From: a virus | Taxonomy: Duplodnaviria > Caudoviricetes | Length of the DNA stretch: 64,000 bases | Direction: 5' to 3' (one strand) | Virus record (IMG/VR): IMGVR_UViG_3300029305_003110 | Span: 32,001 to 96,000 of that record | In this document: piece by piece, positions 12,586 through 21,527 of the stretch | How positions within the stretch are numbered: the first letter of the stretch is position 1 | Layout: each line of letters opens with the position of its first letter | Translations under genes and position numbers: made by a program | The notes under the pieces: model-generated | Database searches by the model: none | What the model saw: only the letters and a program-made list of their open reading frames with translations | Told to the model about the DNA's origin: nothing

Positions 12586-12798
12586 TTATTTATTGTCATC
12601 ATCGTCGTCGATAATTGCTTCATCAAGAATATCAAGTAATTTTTCCAAACAATTTTCAATCGAAGATAATCTTGCTTCGGTTTCACTTACTCCCGCATGA
12701 GGTGATGTCTGAGGATTATAGAAGTTTCTGCGTAAATCCTGTTTCAATTGTTGAAACTTTGTTGTGGATATCATTAATTTATCTTTGTTAATTTTCAT
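12586..12798 (-). CDS. hypothetical protein
   Basis: 70 aa, AGGAG RBS. Confidence 0.6.
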   Translation of the reverse strand: MKINKDKLMISTTKFQQLKQDLRRNFYNPQTSPHAGVSETEARLSSIENCLEKLLDILDEAIIDDDDDNK

Positions 12799-12799
12799 T

Positions 12800-13129
12800 T
12801 TAATCTCTCCTTCTATATTTATTTAAAAGTTTTAATATAACATCATAAGATGTTATGTTTTCTAATCTAATTGTAAAATACGATGTCCAATTATTTGGTA
12901 CTGGAACATTATTGAACGTTAGCCCATCTATATGGATATTTTTTAATGTTCTTACTACAGTTCCGTCCGCTCCAATAATACAAAATGAGTATGTGTGAGG
13001 GTATTTTCCTTTTCGCACATCATGAATTGGACACGTCATGCAAATCCCGCTATCAACATAGCCTATATAAAAATCAATACCATTAGCATCCAATTCTGTC
13101 AATACTTCATATAATGACTCTACAATCAT
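12800..13129 (-). CDS. hypothetical protein
   Basis: 109 aa, GGGGAG RBS. Confidence 0.6.
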   Translation of the reverse strand: MIVESLYEVLTELDANGIDFYIGYVDSGICMTCPIHDVRKGKYPHTYSFCIIGADGTVVRTLKNIHIDGLTFNNVPVPNNWTSYFTIRLENITSYDVILKLLNKYRRRD

Positions 13130-13239
13130 AATAATCGCAATCTCCCCAGGTTAGTTAGTATTTAAGACATTATAGTCTTAGCAAAGATAATATTTAAACT
13201 CTGCTAAGACTATAATATATACTTATTTATATATGATTA

Positions 13240-14487
13240 TTAATTCTCATTGTCGAACTCATTATTCTGAGAGGTAAAGAATGCTTTCATAGTTTCCATA
13301 TACTGCTCTTTATCGTCTTTTTCTTCCTGATTAACGTACGATAACATTTCATCCAAATAAGGTTCGACAGATTTTAATAATGCTTCACGAACGGGCTCTT
13401 TATCATTAAAATCTTTTCTAAATTTTCTAAAGTCAAATTTAGCATCTTCGAATCCTTTGAAATATCTGTATGGATTTCTTCCTTCAATCAATCCTAAATC
13501 ATCCGCATATTGAGCAAGAGTCAATATCGGATCAAATCCAGTTGCCTGATTATAAATCATATGACATGATTGTCCAGCTTTATTTGTTCTTGATTTTAAG
13601 AATTCGGCTCTTATTAAGAAACCATCAAATCCATTGTCTTCTGTATTGAATTTTCCTGCAGATACAAACTTAACCAGAGTATTTGCATAATACATAGGAG
13701 AAGTTCCGCCGGGAACTGCTTCATTCATTTTCAAATACATTACTTGAGGCTGAGTCTTTACAAATGCATTCATTTCAACTTTTTCATTGATATGATTTAT
13801 TGCAAATACTGTTATGTTATATGTCTTAATAATTGGCATAAGCTTCTTATAGAACTGCTTAACCTTCTGCGCCATACGCATCGCATCTGTCTGACCTTTC
13901 ATTTCTTCTTCATCCATGTCTTTAGACGCCAATGTCGGTAATGAGTCTATAATGACTACAGTGGGAACAAATGCTATTATCGGATTATTGAATTCATCAA
14001 CTAATCCAGTATCATATTGAAATTCTTTTTTATCTGCTTCTTTTTCATTTGCAATCGCAACTATAGAATCAAATATATCTTCGAGATAGTTCTTCTCTTG
14101 TCTCAGGATATATTTGTTTGATAATTCTAATTGGCTTGCGCCTGTTATATTTTTAATACGTGTATAGTTTAATGCTTGCTCCAGGTCATAATGCATTATA
14201 AATGCATTATCACCAAAATCTTTAACTATATTAAATGCTGCTTGTACAGTCCATGTTGTCTTTGCAACACCAGTTTTACCAATAATGGTAACAAATGTTC
14301 CACCCATAAGACCTACAGATGGATACGTCTTAATAACTTCTTCGTTCATTCCAACAACTTGTACCTTATAACCATTTCTATAGTCAAATGGTAAAAATCC
14401 TGTACTATAAGATACTGATGTCTGTGCTGGGAGAAATAATCCTTTTTTATCTTTTTTTCGTAATCTGTCAATTAAGCGTTCTGCCAT
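13240..14487 (-). CDS. recA: RecA/UvsX-like recombinase
   Basis: Walker A GKTGVAKTT, YDLEQA, Walker B VVIIDSL, INHI, PGG, KSR; matches the RecA-fold motif order. Confidence 0.85.
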   Translation of the reverse strand: MAERLIDRLRKKDKKGLFLPAQTSVSYSTGFLPFDYRNGYKVQVVGMNEEVIKTYPSVGLMGGTFVTIIGKTGVAKTTWTVQAAFNIVKDFGDNAFIMHYDLEQALNYTRIKNITGASQLELSNKYILRQEKNYLEDIFDSIVAIANEKEADKKEFQYDTGLVDEFNNPIIAFVPTVVIIDSLPTLASKDMDEEEMKGQTDAMRMAQKVKQFYKKLMPIIKTYNITVFAINHINEKVEMNAFVKTQPQVMYLKMNEAVPGGTSPMYYANTLVKFVSAGKFNTEDNGFDGFLIRAEFLKSRTNKAGQSCHMIYNQATGFDPILTLAQYADDLGLIEGRNPYRYFKGFEDAKFDFRKFRKDFNDKEPVREALLKSVEPYLDEMLSYVNQEEKDDKEQYMETMKAFFTSQNNEFDNEN

Positions 14488-14551
14488 AATAAATTACCCT
14501 CCTTAAAAATATTTAATATATTGTGTATTGAAAAGTAAAAAGGTAAAAAAC

Positions 14552-14591
14552 GATAATGAGCAATAGGAAATAAATCCTATTGCTCATTATC
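14552..14591 (-). terminator. intrinsic terminator
   Basis: 17-bp stem GATAATGAGCAATAGGA/TCCTATTGCTCATTATC followed by a T-run on the minus strand. Confidence 0.7.
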
Positions 14592-14620
14592 TATCTTGTA
14601 ACAGAGGAGAATAAAAATGA

Positions 14621-15475
14621 TTACCTTTTAATGACTTTTCCGGTATTCAATAATATGTTCAAAATTTGGAATTCTTTTTTAATTAATCCATAATGTCTTC
14701 CGATGGCAGATTGAATAATATCAACATTGTGGAATAATGTCACTGCACGGAATCCTTCAGATTTTGCTTCTGCAATAACTTCAGCAATATTATCTTGTGT
14801 AAATTCTTTAATTGTGAATTTTTCAGGATTCTCAAGAATAGTAGATGTTAATGTATTAACATCTTCTTTATTTACAAAAATTAAATTTGTTGGTCTAGCT
14901 GGACGGAACTTATGAATTTTAAATGTAGGAGCTTCAATAATTTCTGTAGCTTCCTTAGTTTCTAATTTAACTTCATATCCATCAGTCGTTTTAATCAATT
15001 TGTAAATTGTATCTGTTCCTTCTTTCGGATTATGTAATTCTAAATCGAATACAATATCATTTGTATCAGAGATAGAAATAACTGAACTAAATTCACTTTT
15101 AGCAACCATATATGTTAAGATGAAAACATTAGTAGTATTAATATTTTTAATAAAACTGCCTTTAAGATTAATATTGAATAACATAATATCTTTTCCGTAT
15201 TTTGTTGATGTAGTAATCATAGGAGCACAGTCTTTCTTCTGGAAAAGAATTCCTGTCATTCCGTCATAAATTTTCATCGGTTTATTCAATGCTATAACGG
15301 TTTCCCCACTATTAGTCACAACGTCATTAGTTGTAACAATTTCAATTCTTTTTGTTCTTTCTTCATCAATTTTTTTCTTTACAATAAACTTGTTGAGATT
15401 GTCATTTATTTTTTCACATCTCCACGGAGTTTTTGTTTCGTTATAAATATACAGCATAATTTGTAATCCTCCCAA
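14621..15475 (-). CDS. hypothetical protein (start likely MLYIYNE)
   Basis: 284 aa ORF with GGGAGG RBS. Confidence 0.7.
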   Translation of the reverse strand: MGGLQIMLYIYNETKTPWRCEKINDNLNKFIVKKKIDEERTKRIEIVTTNDVVTNSGETVIALNKPMKIYDGMTGILFQKKDCAPMITTSTKYGKDIMLFNINLKGSFIKNINTTNVFILTYMVAKSEFSSVISISDTNDIVFDLELHNPKEGTDTIYKLIKTTDGYEVKLETKEATEIIEAPTFKIHKFRPARPTNLIFVNKEDVNTLTSTILENPEKFTIKEFTQDNIAEVIAEAKSEGFRAVTLFHNVDIIQSAIGRHYGLIKKEFQILNILLNTGKVIKR

Positions 15476-15556
15476 TTTAAAGAAATTTTATATATTTATT
15501 ATAAAAAAAATATTGGGAAAACATTAAGTTTTCCCAATACTATTTTTAAAATCGTA

Positions 15557-16438
15557 TTAGAGATATTTTTCAATATCGGATTTTGATTTAGCAAATTTAG
15601 AAACAACTTTTGCTAATTTAGGATATTGTTCAGCATCTACAGATGTTAAACTGATTCTTCTTGCACCATCTCTATTATTGCGAGCATCTTTCATACGTCT
15701 GCTAGCAAAATATTCAATAAGTTCAGCAATATGCTTCTTATCCTGATCTTCAATGGTTTCTAATGCAAATTTTGTCATCAAATTCCAAATACTCTGTTGT
15801 CTTTCATTAAAGTTCTTAAGAAACTCTTTCTTTTCAAGTAAGATGTTGATTGCGATTAAATCAAGCATTTTCTTACCGAGAAGTTTCTTAAATATTTTTC
15901 CGATTATTTCGGTATCGTTAATTCCGATATCCTTATCTTGTGAAAGAATATACATTTTTCTTAACATCTTTTGTGAATAGATTCCGACAACCTTTTCATT
16001 AGGAAGATAACTTTTCTCAGGAACGATAATTAATAAATCGCCAATTAAATCTTCATCAAGATCGAGTTTCTTATTAACTTCTTTAATTCTTGATTTGAGG
16101 AGCTTATTAATTAATTCCTTGTATGAATCAATAAGTCCTTCCGGAAGGTCTTGGTCCTTATGTCTTCTTTCAATGAAGCCCGCAATAATCACAACCATAC
16201 CGATGTTGAGTTGTACTTCTTCGTCTTTTGATTTTCTGATTTTGTTCAATGCTTTTACGAAATTCTCGCAAGTCATCTTATCGAACAATTCGTTTACCGT
16301 ATCAGATGCATTTTTTAAATGTGATTTTCTTGTATAAAAATCTATAATAGCATCCTGATGCTCATAGATTAACTCTGCCAAATCACTTGCACGCATCTTC
16401 TTTGGTTTCTTACATTCTCTTAAAAAATCCTTAATCAT
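15557..16438 (-). CDS. hypothetical alpha-helical protein downstream of tubulin
   Basis: 293 aa ORF, GGAGG RBS. Confidence 0.75.
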   Translation of the reverse strand: MIKDFLRECKKPKKMRASDLAELIYEHQDAIIDFYTRKSHLKNASDTVNELFDKMTCENFVKALNKIRKSKDEEVQLNIGMVVIIAGFIERRHKDQDLPEGLIDSYKELINKLLKSRIKEVNKKLDLDEDLIGDLLIIVPEKSYLPNEKVVGIYSQKMLRKMYILSQDKDIGINDTEIIGKIFKKLLGKKMLDLIAINILLEKKEFLKNFNERQQSIWNLMTKFALETIEDQDKKHIAELIEYFASRRMKDARNNRDGARRISLTSVDAEQYPKLAKVVSKFAKSKSDIEKYL

Positions 16439-16496
16439 TTTTGGTTACCTCCATTTAAAAATAATATTAATTTGTTGTTATTGATATAATATATAT

Positions 16497-17618
16497 TTAT
16501 TTATACTTATTAAATATATCGTCAAGATCTAATTCTGCAGAACCTTGAGATGTTGTATCCCTCAGCTCTTTGATTGTATCTGTTTCAGCATCATCGAGCA
16601 CAGAGCTATCTTTCATTCTAGACAATTCTTCTAATCCTTCTTCTATTCTTTGCATAATCTTTTCAAGTCTGTCATCAGGAACTGATAAACCGCTCAAGAT
16701 TAAGAATACACAATTAGGATCAGACTTCTGCCCAATAGAAACATGCTCAAACCCTTCTACCGGTTCGCCTACCAATGCTTTAATTCCGGTTAAATTTGTA
16801 TTAAATAATTTATTTAATGTATCATTTAATACTGTAATAACACCCATACGTTTAACGATCTTGTCTCTATCTAATTCAACATTAGATGAGATATTTTTAA
16901 TAACATTCACAAGCTTATCCTCAAGAGTTTCTGTATCCAGATCCTTTTCCTTTATATCGTGCAAATCGTATATCGCAAGTCTTCCAGGTGTTTCAAGAAT
17001 CTTCAGCATATCTTTCTCGTCGATGCTATTAAATGGTGTAGGATATAGATAATCGCCTCGAATTACTGCCATATGCTCAACAATCTCTCTATTAACACTA
17101 ACCATCATTTCTGATGTCGGAAGATCTGCTCTTTTATTATTATCATAACACATGTATGATATATTAGGTAAGAACTGTTTAACCTCTTTAAGATAATCTA
17201 TACTGTTCTGTTGTGCCGCAATCGATTCTCTGAGCGGCGGGTATACTTCGATTAACACAAAACGTTTTGTTGGGAACTTTCTTGTTAATATATCTGTCAT
17301 TATTGGTGCCATTCCTGAACCTGTTCCTCCACCGATAGACGATACTATAAAGATAACATCATATGCAGAAACATATTCCACGAATTTTTCTTGTCCCAAT
17401 AAGTTAGCGATTTGTTCACGTATAAAACGTTTTGCTTCATCTCTGTTCTTGCCGGCTCCTTTTTGGTCACCAACAATAAGTTTAGGAATAGATTTCACAT
17501 TTGTTAAATCTTTTTCTGAACTATTTAAAGCTAAGCCTGGTATATCTTTTTCTATTTTGGCAAGTTCAGCAATCTGATTTCCAGCGTTGCCTATTCCAAT
17601 TGTACATACTTTTAGCAT
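16497..17618 (-). CDS. phuZ: phage tubulin/FtsZ-family GTPase (PhuZ/TubZ-like)
   Basis: GIGNAGNQ, GAGK, signature GGGTGSG, DNN, T7-loop-like NSIDEKD, acidic C-terminal tail. Confidence 0.85.
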   Translation of the reverse strand: MLKVCTIGIGNAGNQIAELAKIEKDIPGLALNSSEKDLTNVKSIPKLIVGDQKGAGKNRDEAKRFIREQIANLLGQEKFVEYVSAYDVIFIVSSIGGGTGSGMAPIMTDILTRKFPTKRFVLIEVYPPLRESIAAQQNSIDYLKEVKQFLPNISYMCYDNNKRADLPTSEMMVSVNREIVEHMAVIRGDYLYPTPFNSIDEKDMLKILETPGRLAIYDLHDIKEKDLDTETLEDKLVNVIKNISSNVELDRDKIVKRMGVITVLNDTLNKLFNTNLTGIKALVGEPVEGFEHVSIGQKSDPNCVFLILSGLSVPDDRLEKIMQRIEEGLEELSRMKDSSVLDDAETDTIKELRDTTSQGSAELDLDDIFNKYK

Positions 17619-17755
17619 AGTTAAAACTCCTTTTCAATAAAATTTATATTATTATCACTAACACGAGAATAATATATATTTATTTTATGCGATAAATAAT
17701 ATATATGGGAGAAACTATATTGTGAAATTCTCCCATATATATTCTCTTTTAAAGA

Positions 17756-17935
17756 TTAAATGTTTTCAAGATTTTTAGAATTTTCCCCGATAGCACTTTC
17801 AATAAGCGCATCGATATCGTCCATTTCATCTTTTTTATTTTTTACTTTTTTAGCAGTAGGATTGTCAATGTCTAAATCTCCAAAGACTCCAACTTCTGTA
17901 AGAATGTGGAGACCTTCATCCTTTTCATTAAACAT
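17756..17935 (-). CDS. small acidic protein (59 aa)
   Basis: Hand-translated MFNEKDEGLHILTEVGVFGDLDID...; AAGGATGTG RBS; AACA-N6-TA motif upstream at 17963..17974. Confidence 0.55.
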   Translation of the reverse strand: MFNEKDEGLHILTEVGVFGDLDIDNPTAKKVKNKKDEMDDIDALIESAIGENSKNLENI

Positions 17936-17999
17936 AATATATTCACATCCTTTCTTTATTATTACATATTTGTTATCGTTTATATTACTTTATAAACAG

Positions 18000-18719
18000 T
18001 TAATCTAATGTCTTCTTTAGTACTAATCCATCAGTCACTAAATCAGTTTTTACTCCCATACCAATAAAATAAGTATCTACAGTATTTAATGTGGTCTTAT
18101 TTTCAACTTTACTGGTTAGATCATCTAATGATACATATCCTTTTTTAGCAATCTCATTATACATTTGATTTTTCATAAACATATCGTCTGCTCTAGGACC
18201 TAACAACTCACGAAGAGTATCATTTGAATCTAATGTTACTAATGCAAAGTTTTCTTGGTCAGAATCTCTTGCATTCTTATCTTTTCCTGTAACCTGACCG
18301 GTTAAAACTGAACGTGTTGATATATCTGTTGATGTAGTATTTTTCTTACTTAAAATCTGCTGCATTCGTTTGATGTTTAAATATCCAACAGGACATTCGA
18401 ATTTAGTAACGATAGGAGTGTCTTTATCTTTATTAATATATGGCATCGCGACTTTCTCAAATAATGGAATGCCTAATATTTTAGCAGCTTTTTCAATATA
18501 TTCTAATTTTACAGAGTTCTCATAATCGACAGTATCTAATATCAAATACTGGTCTTCATTCTTAAAAAACTTTTTAAAGAATGTATCGAATTGTGCGTCT
18601 GTCATTTTTGAAAACATCTTTTTGTATTTATCTGTATTTATTCCTGATGGATCTAATGCATTAAATACATCGTATATAGTATTTTCCATCTGTTTTCGTT
18701 TACTTGCTGTTAAAGCCAT
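18000..18719 (-). CDS. short RNAP beta C-terminal subunit, probably virion RNAP (phiKZ gp149-like)
   Basis: PVGYLNIKRMQQ..KKN...RSVLTGQVTG..KNARDSDQE parallels the RpoB C-terminal VGYMYMLKL.H...TQQP.GG...R.GEME. Confidence 0.7.
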   Translation of the reverse strand: MALTASKRKQMENTIYDVFNALDPSGINTDKYKKMFSKMTDAQFDTFFKKFFKNEDQYLILDTVDYENSVKLEYIEKAAKILGIPLFEKVAMPYINKDKDTPIVTKFECPVGYLNIKRMQQILSKKNTTSTDISTRSVLTGQVTGKDKNARDSDQENFALVTLDSNDTLRELLGPRADDMFMKNQMYNEIAKKGYVSLDDLTSKVENKTTLNTVDTYFIGMGVKTDLVTDGLVLKKTLD

Positions 18720-18743
18720 TTTTAATCACCTCATCTATAACAA

Positions 18744-19901
18744 TTAGTGCATATTAGCATACTGAATACTCATTACAAAAAACGTATAAATCGCTCTTCT
18801 AAAATTATTGATAGTCGCCAATCTCTGAGTCTTTTTGTATGTTCCTAGCTCATCTAACCACGAATCCAATATCTTTTTTATTTTTATAATATTCTCATCT
18901 GTTGTATTAGATCTTTTATATATATCTAAGCAATGTAATAGAAATTTATCGCTATTTATATCTTCAAGCTTATTTTTATTATCAAACATATACAAGAATA
19001 AAATAGACTCAATTATTAATTTAATATCATTAATATTTTCATTTGATACCATTTTAGTAATATAATTGCGTAATTCATTTACGCTAACTTGATTAGTTTT
19101 TGCTGCAATATTTATAATCGTTATTGGTACTCCGTCTACTATTAATTTTAATGCAACCTTATCAACCATACGAGATATTGCATGAGTCGATGAGTCGGCT
19201 TCATGATACGTTTCCTCATCATTACTTTCAAATTCAACATTAAGATATTGACCTTTTTTATGTGCATCGTAATATGCATTAGAAATCTTTTTCATAAAGC
19301 TATTTACACGAGTTTTTAATGCTAATATAAACTGCACAGCGTCAGAATCATCACCCTTTATTAATCCTTCTTTATGTAAGTCATATGCTCCATAGTATGT
19401 TTCATCTAATGCTTTATATAAATTTCCGGTTTGTTTAATTTTATATTTATTTGATAAATTATTAATTGTGTGATTCATTGTATTCTCATTAACACCGTAT
19501 TTAAAATATTTATGATATACAGATGGATACAATGCAATTCCTAAATAGAATATACAATTTCGTGTCATATGTTCATTCTTTTTAATAGTAAAAAAACGTA
19601 TAATCATAGTCATTAAGAAATAAAATGGATTTGCGGTAACCTGACCTGTTGCTTTAATATCTTTCGATTTATTTTTTATTGTTCTGGCTATTTGCGGTGT
19701 AACACCAACTAAATCATATACAATATCCATTTCTCTATCAGTAAATAAAATCATATGTGTAGGTCCAATAGCGGAAAGATATTCGCTATTTTTATCTATA
19801 AATCTACCTATAGTTGATTCTAATTTTTTAACATTCATTGTGTTAGAAAAACATTTTTCAACATATGGGTAGAGTTCATTAACTAAAATTTTCTCTGCCA
19901 T
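18744..19901 (-). CDS. hypothetical protein co-transcribed with putative vRNAP subunit
   Basis: 385 aa ORF; AACA-N6-TA motif upstream at 19929..19940. Confidence 0.75.
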   Translation of the reverse strand: MAEKILVNELYPYVEKCFSNTMNVKKLESTIGRFIDKNSEYLSAIGPTHMILFTDREMDIVYDLVGVTPQIARTIKNKSKDIKATGQVTANPFYFLMTMIIRFFTIKKNEHMTRNCIFYLGIALYPSVYHKYFKYGVNENTMNHTINNLSNKYKIKQTGNLYKALDETYYGAYDLHKEGLIKGDDSDAVQFILALKTRVNSFMKKISNAYYDAHKKGQYLNVEFESNDEETYHEADSSTHAISRMVDKVALKLIVDGVPITIINIAAKTNQVSVNELRNYITKMVSNENINDIKLIIESILFLYMFDNKNKLEDINSDKFLLHCLDIYKRSNTTDENIIKIKKILDSWLDELGTYKKTQRLATINNFRRAIYTFFVMSIQYANMH

Positions 19902-20019
19902 ATAATCACCGACCTATTTTCAAATTATTATTAAAATGTTTACACGATTAAAAATGGTCAAAATATATAATCAATATTTTTTTTGAACGATATATTAATG
20001 AATTATATTAATAAAAGGA

Positions 20020-21300
20020 GTGATATTTATGCCTATATTGGTAGATAATTATACAATAAGACATATTGTACAAGAGGCATACTATGGAAAATCAAAAGAA
20101 CTTATTTTGATTGAAAAAGAATTGGATAAGGTCATAAAAGCTATTAAACGTGAAACTAATGCATCCGCATTAAATAAATCTAAAGACACCAATACAATAA
20201 ATAACTCAGATTCTGTAAAAATGGTAAATATGTTATTTAAAAAAGCATTTGGAGTAAAAGATTTCATATTAACATTTTATACCGGCTCGCAGTTTATACC
20301 AAACAACATGAGTATGAATGCATATACACTCCCTCAAACATTAACAGTATTTCACCATGATTGGAAGAAAGGTGGAATGAGGGCAAACGCCGATAATTTA
20401 ATTGTAAATGTCCATGTAGATAAATTGCTTATTGTTAATTGTGATTTTACTGCAGAAGAATTGATGGGTATTATATTGCATGAAATTGGTCATAATTTCG
20501 ATGCATCCATATTTAAATTAATAGCACATAATCTACCTCCAATAGGTGTGATGTTGGATAAAGAAATTAAAGTTAATTACCCGCAGTTATTGTTACAAAA
20601 TATAGTTAGTGGTATTTATAAAGAACTTGGAATAGGTAAATTATATTCAGCAATCCAAGGATTTATTGAGAATTTGCTCGAAAAAGCTCCGGGGTTACAA
20701 AAATTTATAGACTTCGTATCAAATACAACAGCGTCACTTTCTTATATTTATGGTACGATTTTATTTCCTGTCAATGTAATAACTAATGCGGGAGTTTTAT
20801 TTAAAAATAGACTATTAAGATTTGATTTATTCGGTTATGCCGGAGAAAAGTATTCGGATAGTTTTGCTACAGCATATGGCTATGGCAATGGATTATCCAC
20901 AGCTATGACTAAAATGGAAAAACGCACATTTATTAAAGGAGTAGATGAAATTCGTAAAATTCCTGTAGCAAATGTAGTATTTGATTTAGCAGAAACAACT
21001 GCTCGTATTGTGACATTTGGTGTAGATTGTCATCCTGATGAAGCTATACGCATATTATCTCAATTGAAAAAAATGAAAAGAGATATTAAAGATCCATCAA
21101 TCCCATCATCTGTACGAAAGCAATTAGAATCAGATATTGTTGAACAAGAAAAGATTTTAAAAAAATTTACAAGTAAAGAATATTATGTAAAAGAAGGCAG
21201 AATATTCAGTATGATGTGGAACAAAATGCTTATTGAAGTATTTGATGGTAAACTCGACCCAAGAGAACTTGTTGAATTGGTCGCAAGACATGAGGAATAA
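20020..21300 (+). CDS. zinc metallopeptidase (HEXXH, M48-like), possibly virion-associated
   Basis: NAYT...ELMGIILHEIGH...EKYSDSFATAYGYG...HPDEAIR; lone + strand gene in a minus-strand block. Confidence 0.7.
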   Translation: MIFMPILVDNYTIRHIVQEAYYGKSKELILIEKELDKVIKAIKRETNASALNKSKDTNTINNSDSVKMVNMLFKKAFGVKDFILTFYTGSQFIPNNMSMNAYTLPQTLTVFHHDWKKGGMRANADNLIVNVHVDKLLIVNCDFTAEELMGIILHEIGHNFDASIFKLIAHNLPPIGVMLDKEIKVNYPQLLLQNIVSGIYKELGIGKLYSAIQGFIENLLEKAPGLQKFIDFVSNTTASLSYIYGTILFPVNVITNAGVLFKNRLLRFDLFGYAGEKYSDSFATAYGYGNGLSTAMTKMEKRTFIKGVDEIRKIPVANVVFDLAETTARIVTFGVDCHPDEAIRILSQLKKMKRDIKDPSIPSSVRKQLESDIVEQEKILKKFTSKEYYVKEGRIFSMMWNKMLIEVFDGKLDPRELVELVARHEE

Positions 21301-21312
21301 ATAAAAAAAATA

Positions 21313-21344
21313 ATGGAATACACGAAATTAATCGTGTATTCCAT
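21313..21344. terminator. bidirectional terminator between convergent genes
   Basis: ATGGAATACACGA-N6-TCGTGTATTCCAT flanked by A- and T-rich runs. Confidence 0.7.
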
Positions 21345-21349
21345 ATTTC

Positions 21350-21517
21350 TTATTTATTTATCTTCGGATGAAGAATTGGATCGATAATAGATTTGATGAT
21401 GGTTTTTAACGAACTATCATTAGTTTTCTTTTCGCCAGTAAGAATAGGAAATTGGTTACCAACATCACCATCATCGAAAAACTTAGGATCTAGATCTGAT
21501 TTAAGTCTTTTTTTCAT
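21350..21517 (-). CDS. small hypothetical protein (55 aa)
   Basis: Hand-translated MKKRLKSDLDPKFFDDGDVG...; GAGG RBS right after the gyrA stop. Confidence 0.5.
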   Translation of the reverse strand: MKKRLKSDLDPKFFDDGDVGNQFPILTGEKKTNDSSLKTIIKSIIDPILHPKINK

Positions 21518-21527
21518 AATTCTAACC

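Noticed and set aside
16497-17618. Cellular ftsZ implying a bacterial chromosome
   Set aside because: Divergent sequence, no dcw cluster, and surrounded by split phage RNAP subunits and virion genes
13240-19901. Chimallin (nuclear shell) gene near tubulin/RNAP
   Set aside because: No unassigned ORF of about 600 aa or recognisable similarity here; it cannot be excluded elsewhere in the genome
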